From NCBI GenBank assembly GCA_030324005.1, contig JARDVH010000193.1, positions 48,629,444-48,693,443 on the forward strand: DNA of 64,000 nt. Reading direction: 5' to 3'. Source of the stretch: Negaprion brevirostris. Lineage: Eukaryota. The notes under the pieces are model-generated. The model had not been told where the DNA came from, made no database searches, and saw only the letters and a list, made by a program, of their open reading frames with translations. The translations under genes and the position numbers were made by a program. Shown piece by piece: positions 25,691-36,556 of this stretch (within the stretch, counting starts at the first letter, position 1; each line of letters starts with the position of its first letter).

Positions 25691-26196
25691 GCACTTGGGA
25701 GAGTTGACTGGACTGGATATTTGTTTGTTGTTTCCAATGTAAGTCAATGCTGTGTGGTCCATTCAGCCTTATTTTTATTTAATCTTTCTGCAGCAGTTTG
25801 ATACAACTGTGTGGTTTGCTAGGCCATTTCAAAGGGCAGTTTGGAAATCAACAATATTGCCAATGGTGTGGAGTCACAAGAAGGCCAAACTGGGTGAGGA
25901 CAGAAGATTTTTCTCCCCTAAGAGCATTAGTGATCGAGATGATAGAAGTAGTTCTTACCAATGTTACAAGAAAATTGTTAAATGAAGACACCAGAAAATA
26001 AGTAGAATGAAAACTCTGCTCTTTCTTATGATTTGCTTGCTCAGGATCTCCGGTAAATAGTTACACAAATCTGGTTGTTTCCAAGTCAACATTATGGAAA
26101 TTAACTTTTTATTCCAGATTTATTCATTTATTGATTCTCATTAGATCAAGCACTAGAGGTTCAGTTACACCCTGAGCTCTTTTTATTGTTTTAGTT

Positions 26197-26513
26197 GGGT
26201 GGCATGGTGACATACTAGTTAGCATTGTTGCCTCATAGCGCCAGGGACCGGGGTTCGATTTCAGCCCTGGATGACTGTCCGTGTGGAGTTTGCTTGTTCT
26301 CCAGTGTTTGCATGGGTTTCCTCTGGGTACTCCAGTTTCCTCCCACAGTCCAAAGATGTACAGGTTAGATGGATTGGTCATGCTAAATTACCCCTTAGTG
26401 TCAGGGGGATTAGCAGCGTAGATGGTGAGTTTACAGAAATAGGGCCTGGGTGAGATTATTGTTGGTGCAAACTCAGGCCAAGTGGTCTCCTCCTGCACTG
26501 TCAGGATTCTATG
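26197..26513 (+). mobile_element. HE1-like SINE, tail type A
   Basis: Full head, core and tail. Confidence 0.87.
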
Positions 26514-26619
26514 AATAAAGAAAAATTACAGACTTTGATAAAATGTGATGTATTAGTTCATGACTTCTAGTCAATCTGCAAGCAGCAGTGTTGGAAACCA
26601 AATGTACAATGCCTGGTCA

Positions 26620-27235
26620 AACAAAGGACAAAGAAAATTACAGCACAGGAACAGGTCCTTTGCTCCTCCTAGCCTGCACTGACCAAGCTGCCTGACTGAA
26701 CTAAAACCCCTTCCTTTCTGGGGTCTATATCCCTCTATTCTCATCCTATTCATGTATTTATCCAGATGTCCCTTAAAACTCACTATGTTTCCACTAACTC
26801 CCAGCAGCGAGTTCTAGGCACCCACCACACTCTGTGTAAAAATAATTTGCCTCGTACATCTCTTTTAAAGCTTGCCCCTCGCAGCTTAAACTTATGGCCC
26901 CTAGTAATTGACTCTTCCACTCTGGGAAAAAGCTTCTGACTATCCATTCTGTCCATGCACCTCATAATCTTATAGACTTCTATCAGGTCGCTCCCTCAAC
27001 CACCATCGTTCCAGTGAGAACAAACCAAGTTTCTCCAACCTCTCCTCATAGCTAATGCCTTCCACGCCAAGCAACATCCTGGTAAATCTTTTCTGTACCC
27101 TCTGCAAAGCCTCCACATCCTTCTAGTAGTGTGGCGACCAGAATTGAACACTATATTCCAAGTGCGGCCTAACTAAGGTTCCATAAGACTACAACATGAC
27201 TTGTCAATTTTTAAACATATTGCCCCAGCTGATGA
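26620..27235 (-). mobile_element. Younger CR1 LINE 3' end with (ctttgttc)n-type tail
   Basis: ORFs 26571..26783 and 26783..26965 encode CR1 ORF2 C-terminal peptides (TRGHKFKLRG..FKRDVRG). Same family as 57040-58000. Confidence 0.88.
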
Positions 27236-28244
27236 ACAGTGAACACTATCTATTTATGAAGAACCCATGTTATTGTTTCACTAAGCCTTTTGTATGATTG
27301 TTATGTTCACATTGAAGATAAGAAGAATGTAACAAGATAGTGTGAGGAAGGCCCCACCTCCACCCTGTTAGTGTCCTGACAGCTGCCACAGATGAGGTGA
27401 CCAGTCAGAGGTGGGCTCACCACTTGCCTCCCAGTGTAAAATTCAGCCTATTCCAAAGAACTGACCTGAATTCTCTCCATTCTGTGCCTTTGTGACTTGA
27501 GCTGTTTTGCTTCTCCTGGCCTGTGTGAAAATGAAAGTCTCCCATTCTAACAACTCTGTTTTTCTGGAACAAGCTTCTCAGAATTCTGTGTTTATTTATC
27601 TCACTTTTTGATCCCAGATCTCTATAAACAGCTCCAATCAAAATCCCGTTCTACTCATGGGGCCTCTGGGTTCCGTATTTATTAGCCTGTAAGAAAAAGT
27701 AATTCTGATGATCTTTAGTCTGGCTTGGGGCTTCTTGGCGTAAACATACTTTTTGTCTGTAAACTTGTACTGTCTTATGGGAGAACAATCAAAGGACTTA
27801 GAGGCTGATTCAGAGTTTTGACAAATATTGACATGAATTCTGCTTCCATGGTCTTAACCGTCTTCATGTCAGTCGATGGGCTTGTTAATCCTACTTAGCA
27901 GCAGGGGTTTATAAACTCCTACAATCTGTATGATGAAGAGGTGCCATATCCACCCTCCAGATGCTGTTATCCCACGGGATGTCAATCGAATTCAGTGCCT
28001 TGAATTCTAGGTTGACCTTCCAGACATAACGTCAAAGAACAAAACAGCATGGGAAACAGGCCCTTCGGCCCAACGAGCCCATGCCTCCATTTAAACATTG
28101 TGAGTGCCCTCTTCCACCCACTTGAAGGTTTCTTTATGTGCATATTTTCGGAGTGATCTGGGTTTCTTGAGATTTCATTAATGTCCACGCTCGATGGAAA
28201 GCCATTCACTTGCAGAGGAGCACAGAACCAGAACATGAAGGGTG

Positions 28245-28522
28245 GAGTTGAGAGTTGTATGGAGGATGGAAAGAGGCTTCAAGGTGATTTAGACAAGTTG
28301 AGTTGAGTGGCAAACACATGGCAGATGCAATACAACGTGGCTAAATGTGAAGTTATACATTTTGGTGCGAAGAGATAATTGTTTAGGTTTTAATGGTGTA
28401 AAGGTGTATGGGAAGAAGGTGGGAATATAGCATTGAGATCGAGGACCTGCCATGATCACATTGAATGGCAGAGCAGGCTCAAAGGGTTGAGTGGCCTACT
28501 TCTGCTCCTAGTTTCTACATTT
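28245..28522 (+). mobile_element. Internally deleted CR1 fragment
   Basis: W.NTWQMQYNV.KCEVIHFG-type peptide plus a CR1 3' end. Confidence 0.75.
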
Positions 28523-29308
28523 CATGACAATGGAATGCTACAAACTCTAAATAGGCCCACTCAACTTTCTGATATAAATCTTGTAAGATAATTTTTGTCA
28601 GCCATTATAAGCATGGACAATCCTTTTATTGAAGATGCTATGGAGGAAACCCGGAATGTTTTGTTCTGACTTCCTCTATTTTTCATTAGAAAAGCTACAG
28701 CTTTGTCCAAAGCTATAAGTCTGTTACATTTGTTTGTCTTCATTGTCAGAGATGCGTCACTGGCCGTTCAAATGAGGTCATGATTTTTAAGCATGCGCCA
28801 TCACCCATTCCTACCAAATAACTGGAGAATGAATCACTGAAAATAATCACTAGGTTAATGCTAGTATTCCTGTCCCACCTTCCATGGGAATTGTAGCAGA
28901 TGGGAGCTGGACCAAGCAGATGTTTATTGACCTCAGGCAGGACTTTCCATTTTGGAGCAAGCGCAGCTGGCAAATCCCGCCCACCGAGTCTAGTCTCTCC
29001 ACAGATGCTGTCAGACCTGCTGAGATTTTCCAGCGTTTTCAATTTTTGAGCAAAATGAAATGTTGCTTTGGCATTAATCCTGTGTCCACATCCATTGTGC
29101 CAGTGGCTTTATTGTACAATACAACCACCCCCTCCAGGCTGATAAAACAGACTGTTCAAACTGTCTGAGGCAGATTTATCCTGGAAACCACTGACAACAA
29201 TGTGCTTTCAGACCCATTAATGTGATTTTTACAGGTGTTTTTCCATTTATTTCAAGCAGGGGTCTGGATGTATTTAATATTTTTGCTTTTTCTTCTGCTT
29301 CTATAAAG

Positions 29309-29540
29309 CTATGATGTAGAGATGCCAGCGTTGAACTGGGGTAAACACAGTAAGTAGTCTCACAATACCAGATTAAAGTCCAACAGGTTTATTTGGTAGC
29401 ACAAGATTTCAGAGTGTCACTCCTTCTTCAGGTGAAGGCTCCTTCGTCAAACTCACCTGAAGAAGGAGCGACACTCCAAAAGTTTGTGCTACCAAATAAA
29501 CCTGTTGGACTTTAATCTGGTGTTGTGAGACTTCTTACTG
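29309..29540. mobile_element. Penelope-like P1 element arranged as an inverted dimer (89-bp arms) with TCTATAAAG target-site duplication
   Basis: Arms at 29347-29435 and 29453-29541. Direct repeats at 29300-29308 and 29541-29549. Confidence 0.85.
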
Positions 29541-29637
29541 TCTATAAAGTTAACCAGGGCTGACAAACTAGTCTTCACGCAGTCTGTTATTTCTGTTGGA
29601 TTGCCACCCTATCACTCTTGTCTTTGGTTCCCCACAG

Positions 29638-29765
29638 AGCAGATAGTGAAGGCAAACAGTGGTTCCGAATTTGCTTGGGCAAAAGATCAAGAAACCCGGA
29701 ACAAGCTGTGGCAAGCACGGTACAATGCATGGTACGCTGCTTTGGCCCTGCGCCCAGACTGTGAG
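29638..29765 (+). CDS. LDHD: LDHD exon 8 (128 nt), [43 protein letters not shown]
   Basis: ccacag acceptor and gtaagg donor. [14 protein letters not shown] motif. Confidence 0.96.
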
Positions 29766-29854
29766 GTAAGGTGGCTCTGGCCTTCATTTCACCAACTTCA
29801 AGCCGCCTTTTCAAACTAGCTAAACTAAGAGACAAAATCTCCCTCATTCCAAAG

Positions 29855-29945
29855 GGTTATTCCACAGATGTGTGCGTCCCAATCTCTAAGCTACCTGAAA
29901 TCATCGTGGCTACAAAAGAAGACTTGATGAGGTCAAACCTTACAG
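29855..29945 (+). CDS. LDHD: LDHD exon 9 (91 nt), [30 protein letters not shown]
   Basis: ccaaag acceptor and gttagc donor. [10 protein letters not shown] motif. Follows an 89-nt intron. Confidence 0.95.
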
Positions 29946-30540
29946 GTTAGCTGTAACTAATGCTAGGATTTACCTGTACCAAACCATTGTGATTGCAGCA
30001 TCTGCTGCCACACTTTTTTTTCCTGAGCTGAGAACAGTGAGCCACCGCTGGTGCTCAGTGTCACACTGGGTGCCATATGTTTTATTTCCTGGGTCGGCCT
30101 GCGACTATTCCAGGAGATAATCTGTTAAATAGACTGATTAAGCACTGCGGGTGATCCCTGTCAACAGTGCAGAGTAAGGGAATACCCTGCTGTTTCTCAG
30201 CTTGTTGCTCAGTTCTAACAGACGTTAGCATGCATCATGTTAGATATTCACAGAATGGCAATGGAACGTGCGGTGCAGACCATGTTACTATCTCGGGTCT
30301 GGTTTGCAGCATAGCAGAAACATTACAATGAGAAATGATTGTTCAGGCACAATTACCCATTACAATATGTGAAACCGTATTATCTGATCTATTTTTAACA
30401 AGTTTACATTGACCAACACTAATAAAAACAGGAGATAAAAAACGTAGACACTTAGCAACTTTGATCATTTTAAAGATAAAAGATTGAAAGCTGATCAAAT
30501 TGAGATCTTTAAAATGAGAAAGTGACATAGTGGTTAGGAA

Positions 30541-30822
30541 GGGCGGCACGGTGGCACAGTAGTTAGCACTACTGCCTCACAGCACCAGGGACTTGGGTTC
30601 GATTCCCGATTTGGCTCACTGTGTGGAGTTTGCACGTTCTCCCTGTGTCTGCGTGGGTTTCCTCCTGGTGCTCCAGTTTCCTCCAGAAACCAAAGATGGG
30701 TGAGTTAGGTGGATTGGCCATGCTAAATTATCAAGGCATCTAGCTAAGGTAAACGCCTGGGATTGTGGTTGGTGCAGACTCGATGGGCCTAATGGTCACC
30801 TTCTGCACTGTAGGTTTCTATG
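30541..30822 (+). mobile_element. HE1-like SINE, tail type A, with well-preserved Pol III A/B boxes
   Basis: gggcggcacggtggcacagtagttagc...ggttcgattccc. Confidence 0.87.
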
Positions 30823-31257
30823 AAGGGATTTGCTGGAGTGGGTCCAGAGAAAGTTTAGGAATCCAGAGCAGGACGGCTTCATTCTAAAATTATGGCTGGC
30901 CTCTTTGGGAGGAGAATCAGGAACAGGTTTTCCACAAATAGAGCACGAGGAACCTGGAATTTTCTCTTTGAAAAGGGATGATTGAAATTTCCAAGGTACA
31001 GATGAGTAGATTTTTGTTAGTTGAGAATATTAATAGATTTGGAGCAAAAAAAGGGTAATTTTGATCTTCTAATAGAATGCTGGAGTGAACTTGTGGCTGA
31101 ATTGATTAAATGTTCCTGTGTTTTAGAAGGAATATCGAAAGGAAGCAATGTGCTTAGCCATCTAACAAACATGGTTTAAACTGTGGCTGCTTTCAGGAAC
31201 TTTTATCCTAAACTTATTGGATATGATTGAACATAGTTAGATGTCCAAATGTTTTAA

Positions 31258-31462
31258 AATGCAGGAAAAATGCAGCAGGTCTGGCAGCATCTGTGGAGAG
31301 GGAAACAAAGTTAACGTTTTGAGTCTAGATGACTCTCCTTCAGAATTAGAGTCAGTCTAAGTCAAAATGTTAATTCTGTTTCTCTCTCCGTAGACGCTGC
31401 TGAGTTTTTCTGGCATTTTCTGTTTTTATTTCAGATTTTCAGCACCTGCAGTATTTTGCTGT
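31258..31462. mobile_element. Second Penelope-like short family (P2) in inverted arrangement
   Basis: cagcatctgtggagagggaaacaaagttaacgttttgag is mirrored by caaaatgttaattctgtttctctctccgtagacgctgctg. Related copies at ~20344, 28990, 39585, 41070 and 58615. Confidence 0.7.
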
Positions 31463-31544
31463 TTGTATCTAGATGCAATTCTTGTTTTCTAGAATCTTTT
31501 GATTCCATATGAAAGAGCTCACCATTTGTTTTGTTCAATTCAAG

Positions 31545-31656
31545 GACCTATTGTTGGCCACGTAGGAGATGGCAACTTCCACTGCTTGTTGTTTATGAAC
31601 ACGGAGGATGAGGATGAAACCAGGAGAACGAGAGAGTTCTCGGATAGATTGGCCAG
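31545..31656 (+). CDS. LDHD: LDHD exon 10 (112 nt), GPIVGHVGDGNFHCLLFMNTEDEDETRRTREFSDRLAR
   Basis: ttcaag acceptor and gtatag donor. GHVGDGNFH metal-binding motif. Confidence 0.97.
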
Positions 31657-31744
31657 GTATAGTGACATTGTCTTGCCATTGTACAGGCAAGGTCACAGCT
31701 AAATTCAGGCAATTGATGTCATTAGCCTACTTTAACTCAATCAT

Positions 31745-31882
31745 CGTAAGTAGTTTCACAACCCCAGGTTAAAGTCCAACAGGTTTATTTGGTAGCACGA
31801 GCTTTTGGAGCACCGCTCCTTCATCAGGTGAGTGCACCAGTTACTGTGCCTACCCCAGTCTAACACCGGCATCTCCACATCA
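31745..31882 (-). mobile_element. Penelope-like P1 element with 12-bp TSD TAACTCAATCAT and an inverted terminal piece
   Basis: Direct repeats at 31733-31744 and 31883-31894. Confidence 0.85.
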
Positions 31883-32518
31883 TAACTCAATCATTTTTAG
31901 CAATAATAAAAAACTTGCAATTCCATCAGGTTATCCAGCCGGCCCTTAAATTAATCAAAGCCTTTTGCCTCCTTCCCCTATTGTGAGCCCGTTTTAAAAA
32001 TATTTTTGTGTAAGAAGCCATTTCTAAATGAGTCTTTCACATTCTTTGAGCTATCCATCCTGTCCAACTATCATAACTAATTCTCCGGTACTAAAGATTG
32101 ATCTTTATCTGTACCATTTAGACATTTCCTTACAATAACAGCTTGCATTTACATAACATCTTAAGAGGTAGTAAAATAACTCGAGGCAACTCACAAAAAG
32201 GTTGCCAAAGAGCCTAAAGCGATCTGAGGATCGGTGACCTAAAGCTTGATCAAAGATGTGTGTTAAAGGAGCTAAGGCAGATTTAGAGAGGGAATTCCAC
32301 AGCTTAGGGCTGAGATAAGAGGAGGCACAGCAAGGTACAGATGGGGGCAATAAAAATCAGAATGAGTTAGAGGTCAGAGCTGGAAGAGTGTCGAGTTTTC
32401 CGAGTATTGTGACACTCAGCGTCAGCATCCTGGTTCTCTATACTGTCCAAAACAGGGCACAGCAATGAAGGTGATTAGAGCATTGTTTGTCACTCGATTC
32501 AATTAACAATATAAGTCA

Positions 32519-32666
32519 CAGTAAGAAGCCACACAACACTAGAATCACCTGATGAAGAAGCAGTGCTCCAAAAGTTCGTGATTCCAAATAAACCTGTTGT
32601 ACTTTAACCTGGTGTTGTGAGACTACTTGCTGTGCCCGCCCAAGTCCAATGTCAGCATCTCCACGT
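32519..32666 (+). mobile_element. Penelope-like P1 element with 12-bp TSD CAATATAAGTCA and a short inverted 5' piece
   Basis: Direct repeats at 32507-32518 and 32667-32678. Confidence 0.85.
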
Positions 32667-34104
32667 CAATATAAGTCAACACTCTATTCACTTTGTTTAT
32701 TGATAATGTGAGTGAGTGAGTTCACAATTAGCACTGATTCAATCGACACTGCAGATCTAATAATTAGAGTATATAGAACACCCATTGGCCTTTCTTATTT
32801 TGCAACACCATTAGTTTACTGATTAAATTTTATTTGCTACTGTTGGACCCATTTATGGATTGTATTCAACTTTTCACACTCAAGGTGCCCTCCCTCAGGC
32901 TGTCAGGCACTTTGCTGACCTCATGCTTAATTGTAATGCCCGATACTGTACATTCCCAGAGAATTTGTGTTCATCACTTCAAGCCTTCTTAGAAATCTCT
33001 GTTTCACTGATGTCAAAATTAGCACGTCTGCTCAGATTAACTCTGTTCATGTAGAGACGTAACATGCCCCTCCATCAAAGGAGAAGATCCAGTCAGACTC
33101 TCTGAATGCTGAAAGAAGGTTGAGTGGGTACACAACGAGACACCCCTCCTTTGATGCTGCAATACCTGATTTCCCAGAAGAGAAGAAAGTTGCATTTTTC
33201 ACAGTGTTTTCGGATGGGTTGAGCCATGATCTTGTTGTTGAGGTGGATTACTCCAGTTCAGCAATGGATACAATGTGGAAAATTACAGTATGTAAAAAGC
33301 AATCCCAAATGATCAAAGGTTGAACTTCACAGGATGATCTGTGCTTCAGTTGCCTAGAGCTGGGATTAAAATATTCACATGTTGCCAGTGATGCAAATTG
33401 TTGGGCTCTGCTACACGTATTTTCAGTGTAGATTTCCCCCAGAATGCCTACTGTATGAAATGTGCATTGTTGGCTGCAGTGTGCCCAAGTTTACTTGTTC
33501 CCTAAAGCTGACAGTGTGTCACAGGGATGTGTCCACATGTTGACGTGTGAAAGGAGATTGTGGCCTAGTGATTAGCAGATGCTATTAGCCTGCAGCAGCC
33601 TCAGTATTGTCCATTCTGATACTTGCTCAGAGTAGCTGTTTGATGTCCCCACAATATGAGCTGCAAATGTTCAGAGGAGCAGATCTTTCTGTCCTCTCTC
33701 CCACTCCCAGCAATAAGGGAAGTGAGTGCAACCTCTGTATACATAGATAGGAACTTCAGTTCTTGAAAAAGTTCCCCTCCACAGAATGTAAACCTTCCAA
33801 TCCCTATGAGTGGCATTGGGAGAATACAGCCACAATTCTGAGTCATTGGATGTGGGAGGAAATGCCGTTACAGCACTGTCCTGGCTTTAGTCCACAAACA
33901 CAGACACACTGACCAAGCCCCTAAAGCCACTACCAGTTGGCAAGGATGCAAATCCAAGGACACATTGGAAGGAAGGAAGAGGGGTGTTGAATATATTGAA
34001 CCAACTTAGTGGGCAGAAACCAAAGGAAATCTGGGAATGATGATAATGAACATGTCCTGTCATTGCAGGATATTGCAGAATAACAATGCTGAACTAGATC
34101 GCCA

Positions 34105-34306
34105 AATCCCTCATGGTAGGCTGGTAGAAAAGGTTAAGGCGCATGGGATACGAGGTCAGGTAGCTAGGAGGCAGAGGGTAGTTGTGGAGGGGACCTTTTC
34201 AGGCTGGAGGCCAGTGACCAGTGGTGTGTCGCAGGGTTCGGTACTAGGACCTCTTCTATTTGTAGTATATATTAATGACTTGGAAGAGGGGGTAGGTGGT
34301 GTGATC
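34105..34306 (+). mobile_element. CR1 LINE reverse transcriptase fragment running into an assembly gap
   Basis: [16 protein letters not shown]...RRQRVVVEG...[23 protein letters not shown] are CR1 RT motifs. Confidence 0.92.
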
Positions 34307-35315
34307 NNNNNNNNNNNNNNNNNNNNNNNNNNNNNNNNNNNNNNNNNNNNNNNNNNNNNNNNNNNNNNNNNNNNNNNNNNNNNNNNNNNNNNNNNNNNNN
34401 NNNNNNNNNNNNNNNNNNNNNNNNNNNNNNNNNNNNNNNNNNNNNNNNNNNNNNNNNNNNNNNNNNNNNNNNNNNNNNNNNNNNNNNNNNNNNNNNNNNN
34501 NNNNNNNNNNNNNNNNNNNNNNNNNNNNNNNNNNNNNNNNNNNNNNNNNNNNNNNNNNNNNNNNNNNNNNNNNNNNNNNNNNNNNNNNNNNNNNNNNNNN
34601 NNNNNNNNNNNNNNNNNNNNNNNNNNNNNNNNNNNNNNNNNNNNNNNNNNNNNNNNNNNNNNNNNNNNNNNNNNNNNNNNNNNNNNNNNNNNNNNNNNNN
34701 NNNNNNNNNNNNNNNNNNNNNNNNNNNNNNNNNNNNNNNNNNNNNNNNNNNNNNNNNNNNNNNNNNNNNNNNNNNNNNNNNNNNNNNNNNNNNNNNNNNN
34801 NNNNNNNNNNNNNNNNNNNNNNNNNNNNNNNNNNNNNNNNNNNNNNNNNNNNNNNNNNNNNNNNNNNNNNNNNNNNNNNNNNNNNNNNNNNNNNNNNNNN
34901 NNNNNNNNNNNNNNNNNNNNNNNNNNNNNNNNNNNNNNNNNNNNNNNNNNNNNNNNNNNNNNNNNNNNNNNNNNNNNNNNNNNNNNNNNNNNNNNNNNNN
35001 NNNNNNNNNNNNNNNNNNNNNNNNNNNNNNNNNNNNNNNNNNNNNNNNNNNNNNNNNNNNNNNNNNNNNNNNNNNNNNNNNNNNNNNNNNNNNNNNNNNN
35101 NNNNNNNNNNNNNNNNNNNNNNNNNNNNNNNNNNNNNNNNNNNNNNNNNNNNNNNNNNNNNNNNNNNNCGTTCTCCCCTAGCAGATACGAGAAGAGCTGC
35201 ATTGTCGAGAACTGCGACTGCTTTTCCATTCACTGAACCAGTTATAGGTGAGTGTGGATGGAAGTTACAGAAGGTATTTGGGGAAAAACAGAATAAGTTT
35301 TGAATCGGTGTCTAC

Positions 35316-35487
35316 CCTTTGAAGACTGGAGTGGTACTTACATAAAAACTGAGATTGGCCGGAACTCTCCGGCTGGTCACGCCCTGCTGCCAGTGACAAC
35401 AGAGAATTTGCCACTTAGCCAAATGTCTGTTCACTGCAACAGGGCTGGAGAATCACAGTTGCTGGCAAGGTTGGAGAATCAGGCCCA
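35316..35487. mobile_element. MITE-like element with GGCC.GAA...GGCCC ends (second copy ~47583-47698)
   Basis: Imperfect terminal inverted repeats and internal sequence shared between the two loci. Confidence 0.55.
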
Positions 35488-36173
35488 TTATTTTTAGGTC
35501 ATTTAAAAAAACTAAAATTGTCAATGTGTCCCTCCCCTAACCAGAGAGGCAGACAACAGCTCCAATATCAGATTTAAAGCTAGAGTGGCCAGAATTTTAC
35601 CAGCCCAGAATCGGAGCAGGCGAGGGACAGAGCATGGATAGGTCCATTGACCTCGAGCGGGTTTCGGTACGAGCGAGGCTGTAGCAGTCCTTTGAAAAAG
35701 GACTGAACAAGTTCCTAAGGGATGATGTTTGCAGGAAGGTCTCTGGGTCACTTAACCTCATTCAAAGCTGTTTAAATTGCTTTCTTGGAAACAGTTTTGC
35801 CTGAAATTAATTGTTTCAACATGGTGTTAACATTATCAGATGTTAGTGAAGGAAGCACAAGAGGCTGCAATATCTACAGAGGAGCAGCATTGGGGAACAG
35901 AACCATCTTTCTCCATCCTGGTATTTCACACATCCACATTTACAAGTGTAACATGGAGAGATTTACAGCCTTGGGAACATGCTTAACATCTGCGTGTACA
36001 TTAGTCACACTGACGCTGTGTCAACCAAGTGGAAGTCCATGGAGTAGCCCTGGGGTTTTGTTGAAGTTATCATTTATTGTGAGAATGCAGTGAGGTAATG
36101 TTTTATAAAGATTGCTGTTCTAAATGGAGATAGAGAATGAGGTTGCCTGTTGAAAAAAGGTTGTGTATTTTGA

Positions 36174-36295
36174 TGTTGAGATGCCAGCGTTGGGCTGGGG
36201 TCGACACAGTAAGAAGTCTCACAATACCAGGGTTAAAGTCCAACAGGTTTATTTGGAATGACGAGCTTTCAGAGCACTGTTCCTTCATCAGGTGA
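36174..36295 (-). mobile_element. Penelope-like P1 element with 11-bp TSD GTGTATTTTGA; best-preserved hammerhead core
   Basis: Direct repeats at 36163-36173 and 36296-36306. Minus strand reads tcac-CTGATGA-a-ggaac-agt-gctct-GAAA-GCTC-gtca. Confidence 0.85.
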
Positions 36296-36556
36296 GTGTA
36301 TTTTGAAGGTGAGGACTTGCTCATTGCTGGGCATGCAAAATATTTTTAATAGCTTCATTGCAACTTGTTGTCAAGGCTTACCTGGTCCAGCTGTGGAAGA
36401 AAGACTGCATTGGAACAAAAATGGTAGGAAATATTTTTCACAATAAAACAACTAAACTAAAAGAAGAGGTTCTGAGGTATTTTCAAAGATTTTGAAACAA
36501 AATGCTCGAGGGTTTCACCCACTGTCCCTATCCTTGCAACTGGCAAAGCAGTGTGT

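Noticed and set aside
30541-30610. tRNA-like sequence with A and B boxes
   Set aside because: It continues into the SINE core and tail and occurs in ~20 diverged copies, so it is a SINE head rather than a tRNA gene.
34037-35236. Long ORFs (399, 357, 325 aa), and similar ones at 59482-60044 and 62214-62964
   Set aside because: Their length comes from N runs translated as X. Only a short CR1 RT fragment is real.
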